A DNA stretch of 64,000 bases from Balanoglossus misakiensis (taxonomy: Eukaryota; Animalia; Hemichordata): assembly GCA_040954595.2 (NCBI GenBank), contig CM082583.2, positions 838,542 through 902,541 of the forward strand. Reading direction: 5' to 3'. How positions within the stretch are numbered: the first letter of the stretch is position 1; each line of letters starts with the position of its first letter. The translations under genes were made by a program, and so were the position numbers. Shown one piece after another: positions 32,795-46,400 of the stretch. The notes beneath the pieces were generated by a model. The model did no database searches. It saw only the letters and a program-made list of their open reading frames with translations, and had not been told where the DNA came from.

Positions 32795-35700
32795 TGGCAG
32801 CGCTGAAGTTAGTTACCCTGAATGTCAGGGGTTTCAAAGACAAAACGAAAAGGAACTGTATATATCGCTGGCTAAAACTCCAAAAAACGAGTATCGCGAT
32901 TTTACAAGAGTTGCATGGAAATGGAACAGACATTGACACTTGGGAGAAAGAATGGGGAGGGAAAGTATTCTTCTCGAAAGGTGACAATTATAGCAGAGGA
33001 ACGGCAATATTGATTGAGCGCAGATGTGACCTCACCATTGATTCCGTGTGGAATGACGACTTCGGAAGAATTTGCATAATAAACGGTAGCCTTGTAGGTG
33101 TTAAGCTTTCAATTTGTAGTGTTTATGCCCCGAATCTCGTGAAACAAAGAACGGAATTCTTGAAAGATCTAGCTGGCCTGGTTGACACGCACTGCTATTA
33201 CGAAAATCTTTTTATAGCAGGCGACTTCAATTGTGCACTCAACGACACTTTGGACAGAGCGTCAAGTGTGAAATCACGGCAATCACATGATGGATCAAGA
33301 AGAGTCTTACGTAGTTTTTGTAATCAGTTTCAACTTATTGATGTTTGGAGGAATTTCCACCCTGGGCAACGGCAGTTTACTTGGCGAAGATTGGCCCCAT
33401 CACCGACTCATAGCCGATTAGATTATGTTTTTATCTCAAAGCACCTCGTCAAGAATGTCAAAAAATCGGATATTCGTCCTGCTGTACACACAGATCATAT
33501 GGCTGTTTACGTGGAATTGCAGACCGCTTCAGATTGTAGAGGGCCTGGTACATGGAAACTGAACAATAGGCTTTTAAAAAATGAAGGCTTTGTCAACGGA
33601 GTCAAATCTGTAATCAGAGAGTGTGGTGAGAAGACATTCGAAAATAATCGGATGAAATGGGACATCATGAAGAAAGAAATTAAAGAATATGCATTGGAAT
33701 TTACAAGGTATGGAACAAAAGATCACAATAAGGAAATACCGAAGTTGAGCAACAGCTAAAAGCGGATGAAAGAAATATGCTGGTGAATCCATCAGATGAA
33801 AATATACGGAAATACAGTGAAACCAAACAACGCCTTGAGAATATTTACAACATACTCGCTGAAGGTGCGTAGATAAGATCGCGTGCAGCGTGGGTGGAAA
33901 AGGGAGAAAGGAATACCAAGTATTTTTATCATTAGAAAAGCGAAATGCAGGAAAAAAGGAAATTAAGGAGCTGGTGACCAGAAGTGGAAAGTGTGTGACA
34001 AAAACGGACGAGATTCTGCGGGAACAAAGAGAATTCTACGAGACGATCTATCAGCGAAAATGTTGCCATCAGTCGATTGACGATTTTTTGGAAAATAGCA
34101 GTTTACCAGGACTAACAGCTCTACAAAGTGAACAGTGCGAAGGTAATTTAACGGAAAGGGAATGTTTGCGCGCTTTGAAGACCATGGCAGCTAACAAGTC
34201 TCCGGGATGTGATGGACTTTCGGTCGAATTTTTTCTTTTCTTTTGGTCAGAAATAAAAACATTTGTCACTTCATCTCTCAATGAAGCCTGGTCGTCAGGG
34301 GAACTTTCTGCTACACAAAAAAGAGGTATTATTACATTGTTGTATAAAAAGGGAGATGAAAATGACTTGAATAATTGGAGGCCTGTGTCGCTTTTAAACA
34401 TTGACTACAAAATTGCCACTAAGGCATTATCAAACAGACTCAAATGTGTTTTACCTACAATTATCCATAGAGATCAGACAGGCTATATGAAAGGCCGTTT
34501 TATTGGAGAAAACATTCGCCTGATCTCCGATGTTCTAGACTACACTAAAAAGCGGCGTTTGGAAGGAGCGATCCTTTTTGTAGATTATGAGAAAGCGTTT
34601 GACAGTGTAAATTGGAAATTTTTGTATAGCGTGCTTAAAAAGATGAATTTTGGTCCAGGCTTTATACGCTGGATTGAAGTTTTATATAGTAATATTTCTA
34701 GTTGTATTGTTTATAAGGGATGGTGCTCTGGATACTTTTCATTACATAGAGGTGTTCGACAGGGATGTTCCCTCTCGGCTTTATTGTTTTTACTTGTGAT
34801 CGAAGTACTTGCATGTAAAATAAGACAACACGGGGAGATCAACGGGATCCCCTTATATGGTAATAATACAGCGAAGATTTCATTATTTGCCGACGACACC
34901 ACTATTTTTACAAGGGGTGGTCGGTCATTAGAAAATGTTTTTAAAGTTATGGATGATTTTCATCAGTGTGGTGGTTTAAAAATGAGCAACAAGAAAACGA
35001 AGGCAATGTGGGTTGGAAAAAACAGAAATAGTGAAAAGAAAATGGGAAATGTTGAATGGACAAATGAGCCCATCAAAACGCTTGGTGTGTATTTTGGCTA
35101 TGACACTGAGAAATGTAACAAACTTAACTGGGAGCCTAAGATTGATAAACTGAAAAAGGTGCTACAAATGTGGGAAAGGAGAAGGCTTACGTTTTATGGG
35201 AGAGTGATGATTACGAAGGTTTTTGCAATTTCACAGATTTTGTTTTTGACATCAGTGATTGGAATACCTGAAGGCATTAAGTGTGTTGTTCGAAAGCTAA
35301 TTGATGGTTTTATAAGAAGAAAACGAAATATAAGCAATGTAATACTTCAGAGTGATTATGACAAAGGTGGCATCAGATGTGTCAACTTAGACAAGCAAAT
35401 TGATTCTCTTTATGCAGTATGGGTCAAGAGACTGGTCTTGTGTAAAGGCAACACTTGGTCTGCTATACCATGGCATTATTTACAAATGGATGACCTTCAG
35501 TCATGTAATCTTATTCAGCACAACATTTTCTGGGAATCACTACCAAAGGCTTTAGAGTCTGCGATCCCTGAATTTTACGTCAAGGTTTTAAATGCGTGGT
35601 ACAGTGCAAGTGAAAACATCAAAGGAAACAGAAATGTAATTTTGAAATGGTGTAGCAAGTTTAACTTTTTCTACAAATCCTTGAAAAATTGTAAATACGG

Positions 35701-36349
35701 TATTTGGGATGGAAAACACTGGATTTCCATCAATAACGTTACGTGTAAAGCCATTTATGCGAACATTCCACAAAGGAGTCCAAAAGTGGATAAACTTAAC
35801 AAATGGTACACATTGCTGGAGGTACCAAACCAGACTACAAAAGAAAGTGAAACGGTCTGGAAGAACATACACGCAATAACTAAGGAAACAAAGTTGCGGG
35901 AATTTCAATGGAAACTTTTACACAGGTTGTTGCCATGTAATAAGTATTTGTTTTATTGGAATAAGAGCAGCAGTGTGGATTGTGAACTTAGTAAGATACC
36001 AGAGTCTCTTGAGCACAAGTACGTGCGTTGTACTATAGCCACATCACTTTGGGCAAAAATCGAGTGCATAATTCGGCAACTTTTTTGTAAAGATTTTGTT
36101 TTACAAAGCGCTCATATAATTTTCAATTGCATTAGAAGTGTTATGCTTTCGAAATCTGAAGAAAATATTGTAAATTTATTGATTTTAGTTTGCAAATGGA
36201 GTATACATAAATACTGGCTAAGTGAAACCAGAGCACCTTTAATGGTGCTAGTAAAATACGAATTCATATTGAGATACAAGGTATACAAGGAAATATGCAA
36301 TAATTCAGAAAGTGCAAGAATTTTTGAAGCTATTATATCTATGATGTGA
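32794..36349 (+). pseudogene. Tx1 ORF2 (APE endonuclease, RT, degenerate C-terminal zinc finger), disrupted between EN and RT
   Basis: TLNVRG, LQE, YAPN, GDFN, SRLDY, TDH; KSPGCDG, NWRPVSLLN, GVRQGC, FADD. Stop at 33759, TAG at 33870-33872 (EGA*IRSR) and a frameshift near 33925. Confidence 0.9.
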
Positions 36350-38731
36350 GTTTTCGGTTGGTTTCTTTTTTTTGATATGTTAATGTAACACTGAAAGTTT
36401 TTTTAATAAAAGATAAAAAAAAAAAAAAAAAAAAAAAATTACGCCAGTCTGTGTCATATAGAGCCGGTGCACCAGCCGAGTCACGCCGTAGGAAATCTGA
36501 CTTGATCAACGTGGTCAATGTACGCCTGTTTCTGCTCTAGAATGCCGGGGCTTCAGCTGAGCCAGGCCGCAGTAAACCCGACGTGATTACCGTTGTTAAC
36601 TTACGCCAGTCTGTGTCCTATATATAGTGCCGGGGCATGAGCCGTGCCAGGCCGAAGGAAATGTGAGTAAATCAACGTGGTCTCTGTACGCGTGTTTCTG
36701 CTCTAGAGTGCCAGGGCTTTAGCCAAGCCATGCCGTAGGAAATCTGACTTGATCAACGTTGCTAACGAACGCTAGTGTCTGTCATAGTGTGCCGGGGTTT
36801 TAGTCGAGCCAAGCCGTAGGAGATCAGACTTGATCAACGTGGTCTCTGTACGCGTGTTTCTGCTCTAGAGTGCCGGGGCTTTATCCAAGCCATGCCGTAG
36901 AAAATCTGACTTGATCACCGTTGCTAACGTACGCTAGTGTCTGTCATATTGTGACGGAGATTTAGCCGAGCCAGGCCGTAGAAAAATCGACTTGTTCAAC
37001 GTTACCAGTGTGCAACTGTTTCTGCTCTAGAGTGTCAGGGTTTTAGCCGACTTATGCTGTAGGAAATCTGAGTTGATGCACGGGAATTCAATGTTAGAAA
37101 ACCCGTGTGGAAAGTATCTCTACCCGTTTGAAACTAAGAAAAGAATTTATTCTTATTTATTTTGTAAAAAAGACAATTTTTCGAAAAAAAGTCGATAATG
37201 GTAATTTTGTCTTGGGTGATTCAAATTATACCGCCTTTTCTGGAATTTGCAGCACTTTTTACAAGAGAACGACACTTCATGCTCCATAATATTTCCGAAA
37301 ATGAAGAAAAGAGTTAATTTTTTATGATTTTTTAAAAATTTACCATTTTTGTCAAAATATGGCCAAAATGGCTATTTTTCTTGAATTCCGTCAATATCTC
37401 TGCATTTTTGGAGTGGTCGAGAGTTTTAACATACAATCAACATGTCATATATGATCAGGGCACCAAATTCGAAGAACAAAGGTTTTTTTATTTTTTTTTC
37501 TAAAAATGACATTTTCAAGGAAAATTTGCTAAAACGCAATTTTGTCTGCAGTGAGCCAAATTGGCCGGTTTTTTTTTGTGGAATTTGTATCGATATATAT
37601 ATACGAAGAGCATTCTATACTCCATCAGATTTCCGAAAATGTAGAAAACAGGTATTTTTTGTAATTTTCAAAAATTTACCAATTTGACCAAATTGTGGCT
37701 AAAATTGTTATTTTCGTGTTGAATGCCGCCAGTGTCACTGCTTTTTAAAGTCATAAAAACTTTTAACATACAAGCAATTGTTTATATATGATCAGGTCAC
37801 CGAATTAAAAAAATAAAGAATGTTTTCCCTAAAAATGACATTTCTGGTGCAAAAACGAATAAAACGCAATTTTGTATTAAATCAGCTCATTCAGAGTGCA
37901 TTTTTTATAATCAGCACCATTTTTACATATAATGGAAATTTCATACATCATCAGATATCCAAATATGAAAAAATGATTTAGATTTTAGATGATTGTCCAA
38001 AATTAGCTGATATCTAATAAATGTAGTATTGAACCGTTCTGTTCCCCCCCCCCCTACATTATATGCGGTACGCCGATGTCAGCTTACCCGGCAGTACTGC
38101 AGGCCGTGCCCCCCCCCCCCCCCCCCCCCCAACTAACGTCGGTGTTTGAAACGCCCTGGTTAAATTCGGGCTTTCTCTATAAATTGACAGGCAATAATGC
38201 AGTCCTACCCGAACAAATGTCGAGTGTTGACCCGCTGTGACTTCCCCTCTTCGGTTTGCCCGACTTAGCCAACGTCTTTGTACTAGAGTGTCGGGTCTTT
38301 TGCAGAGCCAGGCCGAAGGAAATCCGACTTGATCACCGTTGCTAACGAACGCTAGTGTCTGTCATGGTGTGCCGGGGTTTTAGTCGAGCCAGGCCGTAGG
38401 AGATCTGACTTGATCATCGTGGTCAATGTACGCGTGTTTCCGCTCTAAAGTGCCGGGGCTTCAGCTAAACCAGGCCGTAGGAAATCCGACGTAATCACCG
38501 TTGATAACTTACGCCAGTCTGGATGGAGGGCGCTAGAGTCAGCCATCTACGGAAGCAGATTTCTAGCACGCTCAGAGTTTTCATCGTTTTTTCACATGAA
38601 ATCGGTGAATTTTGTGGCGAAACTGAAGGTATATGCTTTTGGATAGATACTTGCAGCTAACTCGAGAGCAAAGAAGCATTTTGATTCTCAGAAGAAAGAC
38701 ATTTTGCTAGTTTTCGTGGTCTCGAGCAAGC

Positions 38732-39903
38732 ATGGCCGTCAGAGACAAAGCCAGTTATGCGCAGGTGGTGACGACCAAACGCCTGCAAGACAAAGACGGT
38801 GAAGTAGGAGTTCTACCCGTCTTTCTGAAGCAGTCGGACATAGTTCCCAGGGACAGTAATCAATGGCTAAGAGGTGAGGAAATTATAGCAGCCGTTTCAG
38901 AAGTTGTCACCATCGGCAGCTTGGAAGGGTTGCAACGGATAAGAGGTCTGTGGCGTATTTATATGAATGACGAAGCAGACCGGACAATTTTGTTACAACA
39001 TGGACTCACACTACGCGGGAAGTCGATAGAGCTGTGGGGCGAAATCCCTTCCGAAGAGAGTTTCATGAAGATTGGTTAAGATTAACGATAAAAGATCTAC
39101 CATTGTCACACGATGATGATGCTATTGCCGCTACACTTACTGGTTTGGGCTGTAAGCTCAAAACAGATATATCCAGACAGAAATGGAGGTTAGAAGGCAA
39201 GTTGACAAACATTCTTAATGGGGATCAAACTGTGTTCATCGAAAAACCAAAGACACCATTACCAGCTCAGGTTAAGATCGGTGCATTTTACGCGAAGATT
39301 ATTTATAAGCAATCCACAGCGGAGACGCAGCCACGATGCGGCAAATGCTTAGAGGAGGGACATACTGCGTACAATTGCACTGGACAAATCAAATGCAGAC
39401 TCTGTAAAAGAGAGGGGCATATTGCAAGAAATTGTATGACTTCTCAGGTACACGAAGAATTAACGTCTCAGTCCACCAAATACACAATGCAGAAAAGGTC
39501 TACGAATCCTGCCGATGCGGTATCGAGACTAGAAAGTGACAGCACACCGTTACAAGGAACATCCAGGCGTGAAACGGGGGACGAAGACCGTGTTGAGAAA
39601 CCGCAAAGTCTGGCAAACAAAGCACCTGAGCCCTCGAGCTCGAGCGTTAAATCACAAAGCTCAATTTTAGCGTTCTTAAAAGAGAACAGAGACGATAGAC
39701 AAAACGATACTAGTGTCAGTGAAGGTGATGTAACGGATATTGAAGGTGGCGAGGACCGGCGTTATGACACATCAAGAGAAAATTTCTCTGAATTGTCTGC
39801 TGAATCGCCACCACTGTTGTCATTGACCCAAAGCAAAGAAAATAAGAAAAAACGTAAAAGAAGACGAAAGCAGCAGCAGCAAGTCAGAATCAAAGGCTAC
39901 TGA
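38732..39903 (+). pseudogene. Tx1 ORF1, copy 2 (same frameshift)
   Basis: ORFs 38732..39079 and 39034..39903 match copy 1 except for one D/Y change. Confidence 0.88.
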
Positions 39904-42900
39904 TGGCAGCGCTGAAGTTAGTTACCCTGAATGTCAGGGGTTTCAAAGACAAAACGAAAAGGAACTGTATATATCGCTGGCTAAAACTCCAAAAAACGAG
40001 TATCGCGATTTTACAAGAGTTGCATGGAAATGGAACAGACATTGACACTTGGGAGAAAGAATGGGGAGGGAAAGTATTCTTCTCGAAAGGTGACAATTAT
40101 AGCAGAGGAACGGCAATATTGATTGAGCGCAGATGTGACCTCACCATTGATTCCGTGTGGAATGACGACTTCGGAAGAATTTGCATAATAAACGGTAGCC
40201 TTGTAGGTGTTAAGCTTTCAATTTGTAGTGTTTATGCCCCGAATCTCGTGAAACAAAGAACGGAATTCTTGAAAGATCTAGCTGGCCTGGTTGACACGCA
40301 CTGCTATTACGAAAATCTTTTTATAGCAGGCGACTTCAATTGTGCACTCAACGACACTTTGGACAGAGCGTCAAGTGTGAAATCACGGCAATCACATGAT
40401 GGATCAAGAAGAGTCTTACGTAGTTTTTGTAATCAGTTTCAACTTATTGATGTTTGGAGGAATTTCCACCCTGGGCAACGGCAGTTTACTTGGCGAAGAT
40501 TGGCCCCATCACCGACTCATAGCCGATTAGATTATGTTTTTATCTCAAAGCACCTCGTCAAGAATGTCAAAAAATCGGATATTCGTCCTGCTGTACACAC
40601 AGATCATATGGCTGTTTACGTGGAATTGCAGACCGCTTCAGATTGTAGAGGGCCTGGTACATGGAAACTGAACAATAGGCTTTTAAAAAATGAAGGCTTT
40701 GTCAACGGAGTCAAATCTGTAATCAGAGAGTGTGGTGAGAAGACATTCGAAAATAATCGGATGAAATGGGACATCATGAAGAAAGAAATTAAAGAATATG
40801 CATTGGAATTTACAAGGTATGGAACAAAAGATCACAATAAGGAAATACCGAAGTTGAGCAACAGCTAAAAGCGGATGAAAGAAATATGCTGGTGAATCCA
40901 TCAGATGAAAATATACGGAAATACAGTGAAACCAAACAACGCCTTGAGAATATTTACAACATACTCGCTGAAGGTGCGTAGATAAGATCGCGTGCAGCGT
41001 GGGTGGAAAAGGGAGAAAGGAATACCAAGTATTTTTATCATTAGAAAAGCGAAATGCAGGAAAAAAGGAAATTAAGGAGCTGGTGACCAGAAGTGGAAAG
41101 TGTGTGACAAAAACGGACGAGATTCTGCGGGAACAAAGAGAATTCTACGAGACGATCTATCAGCGAAAATGTTGCCATCAGTCGATTGACGATTTTTTGG
41201 AAAATAGCAGTTTACCAGGACTAACAGCTCTACAAAGTGAACAGTGCGAAGGTAATTTAACGGAAAGGGAATGTTTGCGCGCTTTGAAGACCATGGCAGC
41301 TAACAAGTCTCCGGGATGTGATGGACTTTCGGTCGAATTTTTTCTTTTCTTTTGGTCAGAAATAAAAACATTTGTCACTTCATCTCTCAATGAAGCCTGG
41401 TCGTCAGGGGAACTTTCTGCTACACAAAAAAGAGGTATTATTACATTGTTGTATAAAAAGGGAGATGAAAATGACTTGAATAATTGGAGGCCTGTGTCGC
41501 TTTTAAACATTGACTACAAAATTGCCACTAAGGCATTATCAAACAGACTCAAATGTGTTTTACCTACAATTATCCATAGAGATCAGACAGGCTATATGAA
41601 AGGCCGTTTTATTGGAGAAAACATTCGCCTGATCTCCGATGTTCTAGACTACACTAAAAAGCGGCGTTTGGAAGGAGCGATCCTTTTTGTAGATTATGAG
41701 AAAGCGTTTGACAGTGTAAATTGGAAATTTTTGTATAGCGTGCTTAAAAAGATGAATTTTGGTCCAGGCTTTATACGCTGGATTGAAGTTTTATATAGTA
41801 ATATTTCTAGTTGTATTGTTTATAAGGGATGGTGCTCTGGATACTTTTCATTACATAGAGGTGTTCGACAGGGATGTTCCCTCTCGGCTTTATTGTTTTT
41901 ACTTGTGATCGAAGTACTTGCATGTAAAATAAGACAACACGGGGAGATCAACGGGATCCCCTTATATGGTAATAATACAGCGAAGATTTCATTATTTGCC
42001 GACGACACCACTATTTTTACAAGGGGTGGTCGGTCATTAGAAAATGTTTTTAAAGTTATGGATGATTTTCATCAGTGTGGTGGTTTAAAAATGAGCAACA
42101 AGAAAACGAAGGCAATGTGGGTTGGAAAAAACAGAAATAGTGAAAAGAAAATGGGAAATGTTGAATGGACAAATGAGCCCATCAAAACGCTTGGTGTGTA
42201 TTTTGGCTATGACACTGAGAAATGTAACAAACTTAACTGGGAGCCTAAGATTGATAAACTGAAAAAGGTGCTACAAATGTGGGAAAGGAGAAGGCTTACG
42301 TTTTATGGGAGAGTGATGATTACGAAGGTTTTTGCAATTTCACAGATTTTGTTTTTGACATCAGTGATTGGAATACCTGAAGGCATTAAGTGTGTTGTTC
42401 GAAAGCTAATTGATGGTTTTATAAGAAGAAAACGAAATATAAGCAATGTAATACTTCAGAGTGATTATGACAAAGGTGGCATCAGATGTGTCAACTTAGA
42501 CAAGCAAATTGATTCTCTTTATGCAGTATGGGTCAAGAGACTGGTCTTGTGTAAAGGCAACACTTGGTCTGCTATACCATGGCATTATTTACAAATGGAT
42601 GACCTTCAGTCATGTAATCTTATTCAGCACAACATTTTCTGGGAATCACTACCAAAGGCTTTAGAGTCTGCGATCCCTGAATTTTACGTCAAGGTTTTAA
42701 ATGCGTGGTACAGTGCAAGTGAAAACATCAAAGGAAACAGAAATGTAATTTTGAAATGGTGTAGCAAGTTTAACTTTTTCTACAAATCCTTGAAAAATTG
42801 TAAATACGGTATTTGGGATGGAAAACACTGGATTTCCATCAATAACGTTACGTGTAAAGCCATTTATGCGAACATTCCACAAAGGAGTCCAAAAGTGGAT

Positions 42901-43458
42901 AAACTTAACAAATGGTACACATTGCTGGAGGTACCAAACCAGACTACAAAAGAAAGTGAAACGGTCTGGAAGAACATACACGCAATAACTAAGGAAACAA
43001 AGTTGCGGGAATTTCAATGGAAACTTTTACACAGGTTGTTGCCATGTAATAAGTATTTGTTTTATTGGAATAAGAGCAGCAGTGTGGATTGTGAACTTAG
43101 TAAGATACCAGAGTCTCTTGAGCACAAGTACGTGCGTTGTACTATAGCCACATCACTTTGGGCAAAAATCGAGTGCATAATTCGGCAACTTTTTTGTAAA
43201 GATTTTGTTTTACAAAGCGCTCATATAATTTTCAATTGCATTAGAAGTGTTATGCTTTCGAAATCTGAAGAAAATATTGTAAATTTATTGATTTTAGTTT
43301 GCAAATGGAGTATACATAAATACTGGCTAAGTGAAACCAGAGCCCCTTTAATGGTGCTAGTAAAATACGAATTCATATTGAGATACAAGGTATACAAGGA
43401 AATATGCAATAATTCAGAAAGTGCAAGAATTTTTGAAGCTATTATATCTATGATGTGA
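39903..43458 (+). pseudogene. Tx1 ORF2, copy 2 (same disruptions)
   Basis: ORFs 39903..40868 and 40999..43458 translate identically to copy 1. Confidence 0.9.
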
Positions 43459-46400
43459 GTTTTCGGTTGGTTTCTTTTTTTTGATATGTTAATGTAACAC
43501 TGAAAGTTTTTTTAATAAAAGATAAAAAAAAAAAAAAAAAAAAAAAATTACGCCAGTCTGTGTCATATAGAGCCGGTGCACCAGCCGAGTCACGCCGTAG
43601 GAAATCTGACTTGATCAACGTGGTCAATGTACGCCTGTTTCTGCTCTAGAATGCCGGGGCTTCAGCTGAGCCAGGCCGCAGTAAACCCGACGTGATTACC
43701 GTTGTTAACTTACGCCAGTCTGTGTCCTATATATAGTGCCGGGGCATGAGCCGTGCCAGGCCGAAGGAAATGTGAGTAGATCAACGTGGTCTCTGTACGC
43801 GTGTTTCTGCTCTAGAGTGCCAGGGCTTTAGCCAAGCCATGCCGTAGGAAATCTGACTTGATCAACGTTGCTAACGAACGCTAGTGTCTGTCATAGTGTG
43901 CCGGGGTTTTAGTCGAGCCAAGCCGTAGGAGATCAGACTTGATCAACGTGGTCTCTGTACGCGTGTTTCTGCTCTAGAGTGCCGGGGCTTTATCCAAGCC
44001 ATGCCGTAGAAAATCTGACTTGATCACCGTTGCTAACGTACGCTAGTGTCTGTCATATTGTGACGGAGATTTAGCCGAGCCAGGCCGTAGAAAAATCGAC
44101 TTGTTCAACGTTACCAGTGTGCAACTGTTTCTGCTCTAGAGTGTCAGGGTTTTAGCCGACTTATGCTGTAGGAAATCTGAGTTGATGCACGGGAATTCAA
44201 TGTTAGAAAACCCGTGTGGAAAGTATCTCTACCCGTTTGAAACTAAGAAAAGAATTTATTCTTATTTATTTTGTAAAAAAGACAATTTTTCGAAAAAAAG
44301 TCGATAATGGTAATTTTGTCTTGGGTGATTCAAATTATACCGCCTTTTCTGGAATTTGCAGCACTTTTTACAAGAGAACGACACTTCATGCTCCATAATA
44401 TTTCCGAAAATGAAGAAAAGAGTTAATTTTTTATGATTTTTTAAAAATTTACCATTTTTGTCAAAATATGGCCAAAATGGCTATTTTTCTTGAATTCCGT
44501 CAATATCTCTGCATTTTTGGAGTGGTCGAGAGTTTTAACATACAATCAACATGTCATATATGATCAGGGCACCAAATTCGAAGAACAAAGGTTTTTTTAT
44601 TTTTTTTTCTAAAAATGACATTTTCAAGGAAAATTTGCTAAAACGCAATTTTGTCTGCAGTGAGCCAAATTGGCCGGGTTTTTTTTGTGGAATTTGTATC
44701 GATATATATATACGAAGAGCATTCTATACTCCATCAGATTTCCGAAAATGTAGAAAACAGGTATTTTTTGTAATTTTCAAAAATTTACCAATTTGACCAA
44801 ATTGTGGCTAAAATTGTTATTTTCGTGTTGAATGCCGCCAGTGTCACTGCTTTTTAAAGTCATAAAAACTTTTAACATACAAGCAATTGTTTATATATGA
44901 TCAGGTCACCGAATTAAAAAAATAAAGAATGTTTTCCCTAAAAATGACCTTTTTGGTGCAAAAACGAATAAAACGCAATTTTGTATTAAATCAGCTCATT
45001 CAGAGTGCATTTTTTATAATCAGCACCATTTTTACATATAATGGAAATTTCATACATCATCAGATATCCAAATATGAAAAAATGAATTAGATATATTTAA
45101 GATGATTGTCCAAAATTAGCTGATATCTGATAAATGTAGTATTGAACCGTTCTGTTTCCCCCCCCCCCCTACATTACATGCGGTACGCCGATGTCAGCTT
45201 ACCCGGCAGTACTGCAGGCCGTGCCCCCAACTAACGTCGGTGTTTGAAACGCCCTGGTTAAATTCGAGCTTTCTCTATAAATTGACAGGCAATAATGCAG
45301 TCCTACCCGAACAAATGTCGAGTGTTGACCCGCTGTGACTTTCCCTCTTCGGTTTGCCCGACTTAGCCAATGTCTTTGTACTAGAGTGTCGGGTCTTTTG
45401 CAGAGCCAGGCCGAAGGAAATCCGACTTGATCACCGTTGCTAACGAACGCTAGTGTCTGTCATGGTGTGCCGGGGTTTTAGTTGAGCCAGGCCGTAGGAG
45501 ATCTGACTTGATCATCGTGGTCAATGTACGCGTGTTTCCGCTCTAAAGTGCCGGTGCTTCAGCTAAACCAGGCCGTAGGAAATCCGACGTAATCACCGTT
45601 GATAACTTACGCCAGTCTGTGTCATATAGAGCCGGTGCACCAGCCGAGTCACGCCGTAGGAAATCTGACTTGATCAACATGGTCAATGTACGCCTGTTTC
45701 TGCTCTAGAGTGCCGGGGCATCAGCCGTGCCAGGCCGAAGGAAATGTGAGTAGATCAACGTGGTCTCTGTACGCGTGTTTCTGTTCTAGAGTGCCAGGGC
45801 TTTAGCCAAGCCATGCCGTAGGAAATCTGACTTGATCAACGTTGCTAACGAACGCTAGTGTCTGTCATAGTGTGCCGGGGTTTTAGTCGAGCCAAGCCGT
45901 AGGAGATCAGACTTGATCAACGTGGTCTCTGTACGCGTGTTTCTGCTCTAGAGTGCCGGGGCTTTATCCAAGCCATGCCGTAGAAAATCTGACTTGAGCA
46001 CCGTTGCTAACGTACGCTAGTGTCTGTCATATTGTGACGGAGATTTAGCCGAGCCAGGCCGTAGAAAAATCGACTTGTTCAACGTTACCAGTGTGCAACT
46101 GTTTCTGCTCTAGAGTGTCAGGGTTTTAGCCGACTTATGCTGTAGGAAATCTGAGTTGATGAACGGGAATTCAATGTTAGAAAACCCGTGTGGAAAGTAT
46201 CTCTACCCGTTTGAAACTAAGAAAAGAATTTATTCTTATTTATTTTGTAAAAAAGACAATTTTTCGAAAAAAAGTTGAAAATGGTAATTTTGTCTTGGGT
46301 GATTCAAATTATACCGCCTTTTCTGGAATTTGCAGCACTTTTTGCAAGAGAACGACACTTCATGCTCCATAATATTTCCGAAAATGAAGAAAAGAGTTAA

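Larger units (their letters stand above)
31413..36438 (+). mobile_element. Full-length Tx1-type (L1 group) non-LTR retrotransposon, copy 1, defective
   Basis: 13-bp TSD TTACGCCAGTCTG (31400-31412, 36439-36451); 5' UTR, ORF1, ORF2, AATAAA and poly(A). Confidence 0.93.
38522..43547 (+). mobile_element. Tx1-type retrotransposon, copy 2 (7109 bp downstream of copy 1)
   Basis: Same TSD, same boundaries and same lesions as copy 1; only a handful of SNPs. Confidence 0.93.

Noticed and set aside
31413-43547. Two independent site-specific Tx1 insertions
   Set aside because: Shared inactivating lesions and shared flanking variants show DNA-level duplication of one insertion.
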